Below, in pieces: positions 53,016 to 64,000 of a DNA stretch of 64,000 nt. This DNA is from Lama glama (lineage: Eukaryota): assembly GCA_028534125.1 (NCBI GenBank), contig CM052817.1, positions 34,350,001 through 34,414,000 on the forward strand. Reading direction: 5' to 3'. Every line of letters starts with the position of its first letter. Within the stretch, counting starts at the first letter, position 1. The notes below the pieces were generated by a model. It was not told the origin of the DNA and searched no databases. It was given only the letters and a program-made list of their open reading frames with translations. Both the position numbers and the translations under genes were made by a program.

Positions 53016-53158
53016 GGGGAGGGTATTGCTCAGCGGCAGAGCACGTACTTAGCATGCACGAGGTCCTGGATTCGCTCCCCAGTACCTCCATCAAAAAATA
53101 AATAGATAAAAACTTCATTACCTCCCCCCATAAAAAATGATTTAAAAAAAAAATACTA
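53016..53158 (+). mobile_element. Vic-1-type camelid tRNA-derived SINE
   Basis: ggggagggtattgctcagcggcagagcacgtacttagcatgcacgaggtcctggattcgctccccagtacctcc; TSD aagtgactaagtcaag / aagtgattaaatcaag (52999-53014, 53159-53174). Confidence 0.92.
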
Positions 53159-53419
53159 AAGTGATTAAATCAAGCAGAACTGTCAGTACGAGCATCTCAA
53201 ATAGGTTCGGCAGTGGGACCCAAAATGTTTTCACAGTTCATGGAACTAAAGGACAAAGTTCACAGTGACTGGTTTTCTGAAAGGCTGACATGGCTATTCA
53301 TGGAAGGGCCAAGTTCCCACTCCCTGCTGGGAGAACAGGCATTCTGGAAGCCACAGGCCTGGGAGAGCATCTTCAGACACAAAACACAATAAACGGATTA
53401 AGAAATAGATGATTAAATA

Positions 53420-53811
53420 AAGACCTGTTCTAGAATTCACAAAAGGAGAAATATCAGTGACTTTCACGATTTTTTTTAAATATAAACCTCACTAACAACA
53501 AAGCAAAATAAATTTTAAAATATTTTTATCCATTGATTTTTCAAAGCTTTAAAAAACTTTTTAATACTTGGGTAAGAGTGCAGAGCCATCTGGCAAAATG
53601 TATCAAAAGTCCTGAAATTGTTCATGCTATTCGGCTCAATAATTCTGTGTCTAGGAAATGTCATTGATACTTATAAATATTATTTGTTTATATTACTGAA
53701 ATTGGAAGTAACTCAAAAGTCCTTAACTGAGGATTTCTTAACTTTTGGTTTATCCATGCAATGAACTACTATGTAACCATTTAAAAGTGTGCTGCAAAAC
53801 ATTATGTGGTG
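53420..53811 (+). mobile_element. Old L1ME fragment (host, left part)
   Basis: catctggcaaaatgtatcaaaagtcc; tatccatgcaatgaactactatgtaaccatttaaaa; resumes at 55141. Confidence 0.65.
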
Positions 53812-54581
53812 ACTGGACAGCAGCATGTAAAACAATGAAGCTAGAACACACCCTTACACCATATACAAAAATCAACTCAAAATGGATTAAAGACTTAAAC
53901 ATAAGACAAGATACAATAAACCTCCTAGAGGAAAACATAGGCAAAACATTATCTGACATACATTTCAAAAATTTTCTCCTAGAAGAAATAAAAGCAAGAA
54001 TAAACAAATGNNNNNNNNNNNNNNNNNNNNNNNNNNNNNNNNNNNNNNNNNNNNNNNNNNNNNNNNNNNNNNNNNNNNNNNNNNNNNNNNNNNNNNNNNN
54101 NNNNNNNNNNNNNNNNNNNNNNNNNNNNNNNNNNNNNNNNNNNNNNNNNNNNNNNNNNNNNNNNNNNNNNNNNNNNNNNNNNNNNNNNNNNNNNNNNNNN
54201 NNNNNNNNNNNNNNNNNNNNNNNNNNNNNNNNNNNNNNNNNNNNNNNNNNNNNNNNNNNNNNNNNNNNNNNNNNNNNNNNNNNNNNNNNNNNNNNNNNNN
54301 NNNNNNNNNNNNNNNNNNNNNNNNNNNNNNNNNNNNNNNNNNNNNNNNNNNNNNNNNNNNNNNNNNNNNNNNNNNNNNNNNNNNNNNNNNNNNNNNNNNN
54401 NNNNNNNNNNNNNNNNNNNNNNNNNNNNNNNNNNNNNNNNNNNNNNNNNNNNNNNNNNNNNNNNNNNNNNNNNNNNNNNNNNNNNNNNNNNNNNNNNNNN
54501 NNNNNNNNNNAAATTGTGAACACTGGAATTTGACACAACATTGTAAAATGATTATAAATCAATAAAAAATGTTAAAAAAAA
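53812..54581 (+). mobile_element. Young camelid L1, 5'-truncated (ORF2 fragment, gap, 3' end)
   Basis: Encodes [46 protein letters not shown] (L1 ORF2p); 3' end cactggaatttgacacaacattgtaaaatgattataaatcaataaaaaatgttaaaaaaaa. Confidence 0.93.
54011..54510. other. Assembly gap, exactly 500 N
   Basis: N run. Confidence 1.
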
Positions 54582-55126
54582 TTATACTACTACGTGATAA
54601 ACTCAACAGATAGTTCAGTGCCAACTATGTGCTCAGCCTGTCCTAGGCATAGTAGCGATCGAGTCAGCCTATGGTCTCATGAAGTTTGCATTCTAACGGG
54701 AAGAAAAAACAAGTTTCTAACAATGATGAGTATTTCAGGTTACATGCGGCAGGTGTGACAGAATCCTGCGGGCCATACAGCTAACCAAGCATCCCAGCAA
54801 GGAAGGCGGGAGAAGGGAGAATGGCTTTACAGGCAGGTAGAACAGCATATGGAGAGACCAAGGTTGACAGTGTACATGTGTTTAGGAGCTTCCAGTGGTT
54901 CATACACGGGAGATGAAGCTGTGCACGTGTAAAATCACTGTGGAAAAAGTTTGCCAGTTTCTTAGAAAGTTAAACATCCTTCTACCCTATAACTCTGAAA
55001 TGCAGCTCCAGAACTAGATCATGAGGGATCCTAGAGACCCTACTGAAGACCACAAGGTATCTTTCATGCTCGTTCTCTCCTTTCCCTCATCATCGCTTGC
55101 AGTCCTACCGCAAAAGCTTCCTGAGC
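54582..55126 (+). other. Putative L1 3'-transduced genomic segment (545 bp)
   Basis: Lies between the L1 3' end and the second copy of the 14-bp TSD aacattatgtggtg (53798-53811 / 55127-55140). Confidence 0.75.
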
Positions 55127-55140
55127 AACATTATGTGGTG

Positions 55141-55340
55141 GCTTAGAAACTGGTTTGCTATACACTAAGTGGGAAATTCGTGAGCAAAACAATACATGAA
55201 ATACAATATCATTTTGAAAAATATATGATAAATAATTGAAAAACTATACTATATACCATGGTTAAAGTTAACCATGCTTATCTGTGAAGGGTAAGGTACT
55301 GGGTGATAGTTATTTCTTTTTATCTTTTCTCGTAAAGTTT
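55141..55340 (+). mobile_element. Old L1ME fragment (host, right part)
   Basis: tatacactaagtgggaaa ... caaaacaatacatgaaatacaatatcattttg continues the L1ME 3' pattern interrupted at 53811. Confidence 0.6.
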
Positions 55341-55346
55341 CTATGA

Positions 55347-55480
55347 GGGGAGAGTACAGCTCAAGTGGTAGAGTGTGTGTTCAGCATGCATGAGGTCCTG
55401 GGATCAATCCCCAGTACCTCCTCAAAAAATAAATAGCCTAATTACCTCCCCACCAAAAGCAAAAACAAATTAAGAAAAAT
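55347..55480 (+). mobile_element. Vic-1-type camelid tRNA-derived SINE
   Basis: ggggagagtacagctcaagtggtagagtgtgtgttcagcatgcatgaggtcctgggatcaatccccagtacctcc. Confidence 0.9.
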
Positions 55481-55732
55481 TTTTTTTAAATTGTCCTATA
55501 TAACAAACATTTACTACCATAATAAGAAAAAGGGATATTTTTTAAACAGAACTGGTTCATGGGCCTCGCCACTACAATTATTGTAAGAAATATTTGTTGA
55601 GCACCTGCTGTGGGCCAGGCACTGATCTCAGGGAAGGGAAAGCAGGCAGTATTCCTGCTCTAGGGGGACTTAGCATTTAGAGGACTGCATTTTTATTGCT
55701 TAGTCAGCTAAAGTGGGGAAAATAAGTGCCTT

Positions 55733-56251
55733 TATATCAAGACTCCATCCATTGCAAAAAACAACATCCAGTTCAAATTGCGTCAGCAAAAAAGAAAATT
55801 CAGGAATTCACAAAACTGAAGTCTATGAGTAACTGACTTCACACATGGCTGGATCATTCCGGACCTTCAGAACTTGGTACCTCACAAAACTTCAGCCTAC
55901 TTTTCTTCATGATCACTCCATTATCAGTCAGGCTCTCCTGATTGTGTCACAGTGGCTGTCAACGACTCCAGACTTATATCCAATGTCCCCCAAAACTCCA
56001 ACTGCTGGCTTCCAACAGTTTTTTTATTTTTAAAGGATTGAGTCCAGTTGGTTCTGACTGAATCATGTGCCCGTCCCTGAACCACTCACCACAGCCTGAG
56101 GAGCGTGAAGCTCTGATCAGCCAATCCCAGGTCATACAACCTCCACTGGAAATGGACTGAGAGGAAAGGACACTGTCCCCAAAGGAAATCATAAGACTGT
56201 TACCAAACGAGGCATGGATGCTGAGACAGTAAAACAACTGAGATGTTCACT
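55733..56251 (-). mobile_element. Old MaLR LTR (MLT1K/L-like)
   Basis: gacttcacacatggctggatc; tcatgtgcccgtccctgaaccactcac; aaggaaatc ... ggatgctgagacagtaaaacaactgagatgttcact. Confidence 0.7.
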
Positions 56252-57085
56252 TTGGCCCCATGGTAGAAGCTCAGAGGCAGGATGAATAAGTTGGTGTCCT
56301 GGCTTCAAAGGATGAAACTTAATCCAGAAAACCACGCTGTGTTTTGAGACTCTATTTGATGTAAGCAGGTGATGTGAATGTCACCAGGGAAGTATACCTT
56401 TCGACTCACATCAATCAAATCGTAGGTATATTCTGAAAACATACTTCCTTATATGGATATTCTGCTATGTGAATTCTGACCTTGCACATATTACAGATGA
56501 ACAGAGAATCAACCATTTAAGAAATCTACTCGTTTAACAGATAATGTGAGGGGGCCCAAAGTCTTGTTGTGACTTGAGAGCAAGGCCAGGCTAGCACCCT
56601 AACTCATCACTTTACTCCCAGAGTTTCTGCTGCACCTTGAGGACTCTACCCCATAAAACTCCAGCCAACAATTATTCTTCAGACTTTTAAGATTTCACTG
56701 TGAATGAAGCACACTTAAAACTTTAATAGATCAGCTCATAAACACTTCATTTTTGTTCTGGCTAAAGATTAAACAGTGCCTATCCATAGGGATAACTAGT
56801 TAAGTGGCAGCATATGTCCCCTGCTTATTCCCAAAGTTCACTTTAAGCAAGTGCTTCCTTTATTAATTATGTTTCATAAGTATTTTAACATTTCAAAGTT
56901 CACACTTAATACTAGGAAACCAGGTTTGCCAAATACATTTACAGTAGGACATCTGTCACTCTGTACCTAGTTCCACCCTCCACTAAGCTTGTCTCTTAAT
57001 AACTGGGAACAAGATTAATGTTTAATTCTAGGACTTGATTACATGGAAGGCACTGGGTTTTGGGAACAAGATCAAGATACAGTAC

Positions 57086-57682
57086 GTTGTTTCCATGTCT
57101 TGGCTATTGTAAATAGTACTGCTGTGAACATTGGGGTGCATGTCTTTCAAATTATAGTTTTCTCCATTGACAGATGAATGGATAATGAAGATGTGGGATA
57201 TATATACAATGGAATATTACTCAGTCATTAAAAAGACTGAAATAACGCCATCTGCAGCAACATGGATGGATCTAGAAATTATCATATTATGCGAAATAAG
57301 TCAGAGAAAGACAAATATCATATGATGTCACTTATATATGGAATCTAAAAAAGATAGAAATTTTATTTACAAACCAGAAATAGACTCATGGACATAGAAA
57401 ACAAACTGTGGTTACCAGGAGGAAAGGAGGGAGGAGGGATGAATCAGGAGTTTGGGATTAATTGATACACATTACTGTATGTAGAATATTTAAACAACAG
57501 GGACCTAATGTAGAGCACAGGGAAGTATATTCAATTTCTTGTAATGAGCAGTAATGGAAAAGAATCTGAAGAAATATGTATGTGTGTATATATATATATA
57601 CATAACTGAATCGCTTTGCTGTACACATGAAATTAACATTGTAAATCAACTACACTTCAGTGAAAAATAAGAATTTTTTTAA
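57086..57682 (+). mobile_element. L1 3' end with 5' inversion (57086-57164 inverted)
   Basis: Antisense gttgtttccatgtcttggctattgtaaatag...ttttctc joined to sense cattgacagatgaatggataa... 3' UTR; degenerate TSD aagatacagta / aagattcggta. Confidence 0.9.
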
Positions 57683-58234
57683 AAGATTCGGTAACTAGTA
57701 TTAGGGCACAATATCAGAACTGACCAAATAGAAAGTCTGATTTGATGCTGAGTAAATGAGTCTAAGCCATGGTCCTTAATAGCTTCCTCTCCACCTGTGC
57801 ACTTGGTCAAAGACCCTATAAGCAGCTGTATCTACGATTCCATGGCTTAGGGACTTCCTCTAGGTTCCACCTCCCATTCTTTACTTTGAACCCTATTGTT
57901 TTGGTCTGGTTTCCCTGGTTCCTTCCTGTTTCCTTGAATCTGGATTTTCCCTCTTTGCCTATTCTCTTTGGGTTGATATTCTCTCTGGGTTGCCTGGCTT
58001 GCCTCCCTCCATCTTGTATCTTCAACGATACGCTCTGCAGCCCATGGCCGGTCCTTCTTCCCCTCCCCTGAGCCTGCCTGTGGCCATTCCGGCTGGGCTG
58101 GGAGCAGCCTGTCGGTGGCCTGGCCCTGTGCTTGCCTGGGAAGAGAGACTGGACACTGAGTTCTCTTGGATGGAGCCCCTGGTATCCTTTTAGTCTGAGA
58201 TGAGGATCAAATCCTTCTTCATCAGGGGAACTCA

Positions 58235-58625
58235 GTGACAAATACTAGCTGAGCACCTACTATGTGCCAGGCACTACCTTAGGTGCTGAGAATATAGCAG
58301 GGTATGAAACAAGGTCTCTGATCTCTTTCATTCTAGAAACCGGGTGGGAAGGACAAACATATGAACAATTAGACAAAATAATAATCATTACAAGTCAGGT
58401 TAGGACTGTGCTATAATGAAAATAAAACAGAGTGAGTGGCACAGACAGATTCTGGGGTGGTTAGAGAAGACCTCTTGAAGGGAAATATGAGTGACAAGCT
58501 TAGCTTTGGGAAAATTCGGAGGAAGAGAGTTTTAAGGAGAGGGAGCAACAGATATACATGCCCCGAGGCAGGAATGAGCTTGGCATCTTCCAGGAATGGA
58601 AAATAGACCAGCCAGGCTAGAAACA
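58235..58625 (-). mobile_element. L2 fragment
   Basis: gagcacctactatgtgccaggcactacc ... ggttagagaagacctc ... gaggcaggaatgagcttggc. Confidence 0.85.
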
Positions 58626-59300
58626 CAATTGACAAATAATCTGCTTTAAACATGAAAGTGGGCTCAAAAAGTCAGCTTAAAAATATGCCAATTTTCCCTC
58701 CCAATTCAACCAGATTTGCAACATAAAAGTGATGCATATTTGCATATGTTTGTACGGGCACAAATCTTATTGGCAGTTCTGGTAAATAAACGTAGGACCC
58801 GTTGGGTCTCCTTGACGCCTATCACAACTGTGAACAAGGCCTCTGATAACATTGTTTTGTCACTTTTCACTCCCACCAGCAAAGAAGACAGATAAATGGC
58901 TTCCTGAGACAAATGGTCCCACTTTCCAGGGCCTGGGGCTCTGGAGGAAGGCGACGTGAGCCTTGGAACATTTCTCTGGGTGAGCTCCTTAAAGAGTTCA
59001 TGGCCCTCAGCAAGCTCTCTGAGTCTGCTTCAGAAGGTTCTGCTACATTAATTCTTCTGAAAAATTAGATTTTGCTTGTAGTCCATTAAAATTTCAAAAG
59101 ACATATGAAATGAATCCCAGACTATGTGCCATTGCAATCTGCAGTAGAAAATATCTGATACAGAAAGAACACGGATTTAAAGTGAAAAATACCTTATGTT
59201 GTTTGCCTGTCCCTCACCACAACACCCCAGAAAAGACAAAAATGTGTCCTTTCTGGGAGCAGAGTCTCATGCAGGTAATATTCTTCCCAGGTATAACAGC

Positions 59301-59760
59301 TGTGGAGGGTTGAATCATATCCCTCCAAAAATGCACATCCACCAGAAATTTGGAATGTGATCTTATTTAGGCAGAGGGACTTTGCAGGTATAATTATTTA
59401 AGAGGAAGTCACACTGGATCAGGGTAGGACCTAAGTCCAACGACCGGTGTCTTTATAAGAGAAAAGAGAAGGAGGTTCACACATGTGCGCGCGCACGGAA
59501 GCAGGCCGTGTGAAAGTGCAGGCAGAGACTGGAGTGATGCAGCTATAAGCCAAGGTACACCAAGGATTGCCAGGGGAGAACCAGGAGCTAGTAGAGGCAA
59601 AGAAAGATTGTTCCCTAGAAACTTCAGAGGGAGCAAGGACCCTGCCAATACCTTGCATTCAGACTTCGCAGCCTCCAGAACTGTGAGACAATAAATGCCC
59701 ATAGTTTCAAACCGCCCGGTTTGTGGTAATTTGTTATGACAGCCCCAGGAAACTAATACA
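59301..59760 (+). mobile_element. MLT1C-like MaLR solo LTR
   Basis: tgtggagggttgaat ... gcctccagaactgtgagacaataaat ... ggaaactaataca; TG...CA ends; 5-bp TSD acagc/ccagc. Confidence 0.92.
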
Positions 59761-59909
59761 CCAGCCGTGGTGCCTTTGCCCCAGCACCATCAGAGAGCGG
59801 GAAACTGCCGGGCATGGGGAATCAACTGAAGCTACACCAGCAAAACAGATAATCGAGTCGTAATTTCATGAAATTGACCACTAACAATTTGGGAAGAGGG
59901 ACTTAGGCG

Positions 59910-60150
59910 GGGGTTTAAAGTTGAGACTTTGGTATCAGGAAGTCTGGGTTGGGTCTTAACTCTATCATGTGTCTTGTTCAAGTTACTAAACTCTAAGCCT
60001 CCGCTTTTCATAGGTAAAGTGGGGCTAACCTCATAAGGCGGTGCTGAGATTCAGAGGGGAAACGTCCGTGTAGAGCACAGCACGTGCCCATCCCACAGTG
60101 AGCCCCCACTAGAGGGTGGCTGCTGCGATCATTAGGGTATTATTATTACT
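59910..60150 (+). mobile_element. MIR SINE
   Basis: agactttggtatcaggaagtctgggtt ... caagttactaaactctaagcctc ... acctcataagg. Confidence 0.7.
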
Positions 60151-61494
60151 CCCCCCGTCTTCAGAAACACTTCCTATCCTTGAAGGAAGGAATGAGTGCT
60201 TATACGCACACGTGCTTTCAGAATCTACTCCTCTCCTGTCCGTTGCTCAGCTACTACTCAGCAGGACCGGTCTACAAACTACAAGCAATAAATGTTCACC
60301 AGCTCTGAATGAGAGACAGCCTCGTCATGCTCACGGTGAGCCCAGACCCCCGAAAAACATATTTTTAAACAATTTCTTGCCTGTCTTAAGACATAAATAG
60401 TTTACAAAAAGATGTGTTTTAAGGATGACCATATTTTTAACAGCAATATTTACTGAAAGCTCAACATATGCCAGGCACTTCCCAAAGGTCCCCTCACTTA
60501 GACCTTAGAACCACTCTGCAAACTAGGCTGTAATCATCTGGTTCTACAGATGAGAAGAGACCCAGAGAAACTTCTAAGGACTCCAGACTGACTCCAAATT
60601 AAAGTAGGGAATACAAGCAGTACTGGAGAAGGAGTAGGGGAGGCAGAAACACAGCTGTGAACACTCCTCTTTCCAAAAGGCAGAACGAAGCACAGACTGG
60701 AGAGCCATTGGGAGGGCCGCCTGGGTTCTAGGCTGGCTCCACCCTCACCCCGCTGAGTGAGGCACTGTTTCTCTCTGGGCCTCAGTTTCCCTACCTGGGA
60801 AGCAAGGAACATGAACTAGAGGATCTCTAACAGCACGTTCAGCTGTTACTCGACATTCAGGGGGTTTTTTTTAATGAAAATTATGAAATTAAAATTTTCT
60901 GATACGCGGTGTCATGAATCTTAAGCCATATTTTCTGAAGCAATGTGACATGGAAGAAAGATGAAAGATGCTGAGGCTGAAGTTTCCCAAACAAGTTCAT
61001 GAGATTTACAATTAGGGATTGTCATCTTAGTTTTCCCAACACTGATCCTACCTCTTTATTTCTGTAGTTGGCTCATTTCAAAACAAAAGCTGGGGCCTTT
61101 TTCACTAAAATTATATTTTTTCTTCTCTTTTTGTAGGAAAGTCTGAGTAATAGCAAAAAAACAAAAATAATAATGCTTCCCATTTAAATAGTATCTTTGA
61201 TCTCAGGCCTTCCTGTATGGTATTTTTATAAGCCCTGTGTGTTATTATTTTTTTTTTTGGTAGGTCACATTGAAGTACTCAGATGTCTAGACCACTGATA
61301 TTATGCGAGCTCTTCAAAGTAACACAATGCCATTTAATAATAAACTCAGCTTTTTCTTCAGTTGTACCTTGCATCCAGGAAGTGCTGAACCGTTTCGTTT
61401 TAAATGATGTTTCATCACTCTTTGTATTTTATAGGTAGGAAAACTGAATCCAGGCAGTTTTCTAAAGAAGAATCCAGATATTTGTGATGTTTAT

Positions 61495-61715
61495 TAGTAA
61501 TAGTAGCAAGCATTTATTGGGTGTCTATTCTGTTCCAGGCATCTTTCCAAGTGCCTTACAGACGTTAACTCACTTAAGCCTCACAACACTATGACAGAGG
61601 TTACCACATCTCTGTCCTACAGACAAGGAAACTAAGGCGCAGGGAAGAGAGCAAGCTGGCTCAGGAGCTGATCGCTAGTCACTCCCAAAGCTGAGGCTCA
61701 CCTCTAGAGCCCACA
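61495..61715 (-). mobile_element. MIR SINE
   Basis: catttattgggtgtctattctgttccaggca ... ttaactcacttaagcctcacaacac ... acagacaaggaaactaaggc. Confidence 0.8.
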
Positions 61716-63422
61716 ACATCACCTCCACCTTCACGTGGGGAGACTGAGGCTCAACAAAGCTTAGTCCCCCATGCATGTGCAAACAAATTCCACATACTCA
61801 CTCCCCCATAGTAACATTCCATCAGCTGGCCCACTCCAGAAGGAAGTAAACAGCTCTATGATCATCACTGACTGGCCCCAGCAACTTGCATGGGTCTTCA
61901 TCTCTGGTGAGTACTGTGCTGAAGATTCCACTAGACCACATTAACCTTTTGTATCTAATAGTATCTTCAGCTGTCAGACACTTGATCCTTACTTCTCATC
62001 AAAATACACAGCAAGAAAGAGCAAAGTGTATGCTAGTCTTTATTTCAGAGCAGATTGAGTTTTACATCAAATATTTCATCTTCTTCCAATTTATAATCCA
62101 ATCACTTCTAAATCCCCATTATTATTTTCATTGGTCTGTTCATGCACTGCAAGAAATTAACAATAACAGCAACCAAAAAAACCACCTGGAAAAAAAACCT
62201 TCAGGATTGGGCCAAATCCATTCTGAACCACTTATGGCTATTTTTTATTCCTTGGATTATTCTAGGTCACATTGGTTAAAATTGCTATCATCTGCAAAAC
62301 ATTTTAAATCCCTTAACTCAGAAGCACACTCGTCAAACTTGAATTTTAGTGAGTTATTTTACCGGACATTACCTTCCTCCTACGATGTCAACTCTAGCTC
62401 AGGGAAACAGACTTCTTTTCTCCCCCAGAGGAAGGTGGGATGACCTCTGAAGCTGATGTAACTGCCACTAAGGAGCAGTGATAATGAACGCTCTATAAAT
62501 ACTCTTTATGAAACTTGTAAGGACACAGAGTTTAGCAGCAAAGCAAGCTTCTGGATTATTCAATTATTTTAAATTTATTTGATAATCTATTTCTTTATGC
62601 CTTGCTCCAGCAAGGAGTCAAAACTCATCCTTTTTTTTTTTAAGGTATGCTGCTTAAGAATTTTTATCTTCCAAGTGACAGATTTATTCATAGCTGTAGG
62701 TAATGCTTTCCTCATTTTTCTGACGATCCTCCACTCCTGTGGCAGGTTAAGATCTTAGATCAAAAAAAATAGGAAATAGGATTCTCAACAGAATCCTTCT
62801 CCAACTCCCCCTCCCCTCCACGATTTCCTAGGGACCTCTTTAAAGGAGTCCAGAAATCAAATTTAGAACCATCAGGCATAAGCACAAAAAGAAAAAAAAA
62901 AAAAGAGGTTATTTAGTGTGTGGAAATTGGCTTTATCTCTCATGCATTTGCTTCTATTACTAAGGAATCCATGAGGCCCATCTTCTCTCCATCTGCCAAA
63001 AAGGGCTGACATCAGTTTGAGGCATTCATAGTTATCAAGGGGTGTGAGTGGAGGAGGGGTGCAGGGAGGCGGGGGACACGCAGACTTGCAGAGCCTGGCC
63101 ATGTCATAAGCATTCTTTCCAAAGGAAACCAGGCAAAAAGGCTGATAAACCCCAATCTCTTTTCACAGCTTGCTTTCGGAGCCCCTTAATGCAACTCCCT
63201 CATTTGTTCATCAGCACTTTATGAGAAAATAAACAAAAACATGGTCTGTTTCCTCACTGTCAGCACATCAGACCACTTCCTGCTCAGAGAGGCCACCTTC
63301 CCACCCTGAGTCAGGGGTCCACTCTATTTTGCCTCAACTTCTGAACAGCTCATTTTCTAAGCTGAATTCCAAGGACCTAATCAAATCCAAAACCCCCTCT
63401 GGATAGATCAGATGCCCCAGAT

Positions 63423-63458
63423 TCCAACACTCTACAGGACTCCAACACTCTACAGGAC
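63423..63458. repeat. Perfect 18-bp tandem duplication (tccaacactctacaggac)x2
   Basis: Directly visible. Confidence 0.95.
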
Positions 63459-64000
63459 AGGAGGAGCTCTAGAAGGACCAGTGGGTGAGCTACCCTGAAA
63501 CCACAGAGGTTGCTTCCTTTTTCGCCATTCGTATTTTCCTTTAAAAAAAAAAAAAAGTGGGCTGAGGAAAAGGAGACACACTTAAAATAATTAGCTTTTC
63601 ACCAAATCACCAGTTCTAAAAGGGACCGTAAATTCTATAACTGTTGTAACATTCTCAAATCAATTCAATCCTTCCATATTTTTCACTAAATCTGACTAGA
63701 AAAAAAAGCAAGCAGGCAAGAAAGGAAAGGAAGGGAAGGGGAGAATAGGGGAAGGGAGGGGAGGCAAAGTCATGGCAAATATAAGTGATGAAGGGTTATG
63801 ACTCCTATGTTTAAATTCCCAACTAGCTCAACGGTACCCTGAGACAGTCCTAGTGTTGGTATCTCCCTCTTGAAAAGACATGAGCATCTGAAGAGGAAAA
63901 GCATGTTCAGAGAGTCTAGCTGGAGGATGCAGCCAAGACTTTGGATGGATGCCGGCATGTGTCAGTGGCTTGGAGGTGTGGCGGGTGCCCACTGTGCCAA

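Noticed and set aside
53745..54565. Long ORFs of 185-270 aa
   Set aside because: Gap artefact; only the 53812-54010 part is real L1 ORF2 sequence.
60106..60119. Second CTCF-like motif ccactagagggtgg
   Set aside because: Mismatch at a conserved C and located inside a MIR; too weak to call.
61886..62443. 185-aa ORF
   Set aside because: Non-ATG start, AT-rich, no recognisable domain or splice structure; consistent with chance.

Overview
This is mammalian, non-coding, repeat-rich genomic DNA, most likely an intron or intergenic region. It is very probably from a camelid (alpaca/llama/camel), based on three Vic-1-type tRNA-derived SINEs and lineage-type young L1 3' ends. I recognised no host protein-coding gene, RNA gene or CRISPR array. 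The only ORFs with recognisable homology are LINE-1 ORF2 fragments; the rest of the ORF track looks like noise from repeats, microsatellites and two 500-N gaps. The window is a mosaic of ancient MIR, L2, L1M, MLT1 and hAT-Charlie (MER3/MER5/MER33) relics plus younger TSD-flanked L1 and SINE insertions. Repeat family names are from my own recognition, not a database search, and boundaries of old elements are approximate. The most interesting signals are unusual L1-mediated events read directly from target-site duplications. (1) A young L1 carries a ~545-bp 3' transduction with no poly(A) tail (53798-55140). (2) A second young L1 has a short double-tailed 3' transduction (24665-25927). (3) An ancient L2 3' end appears to have been re-mobilised by L1 machinery (30369-30555). 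(4) An L1 is nested in the tail of another L1, and there is a twin-primed inverted L1. There is also a strong CTCF motif, a few enhancer-like motif clusters and weak exon candidates. I found no support for a novel gene system.
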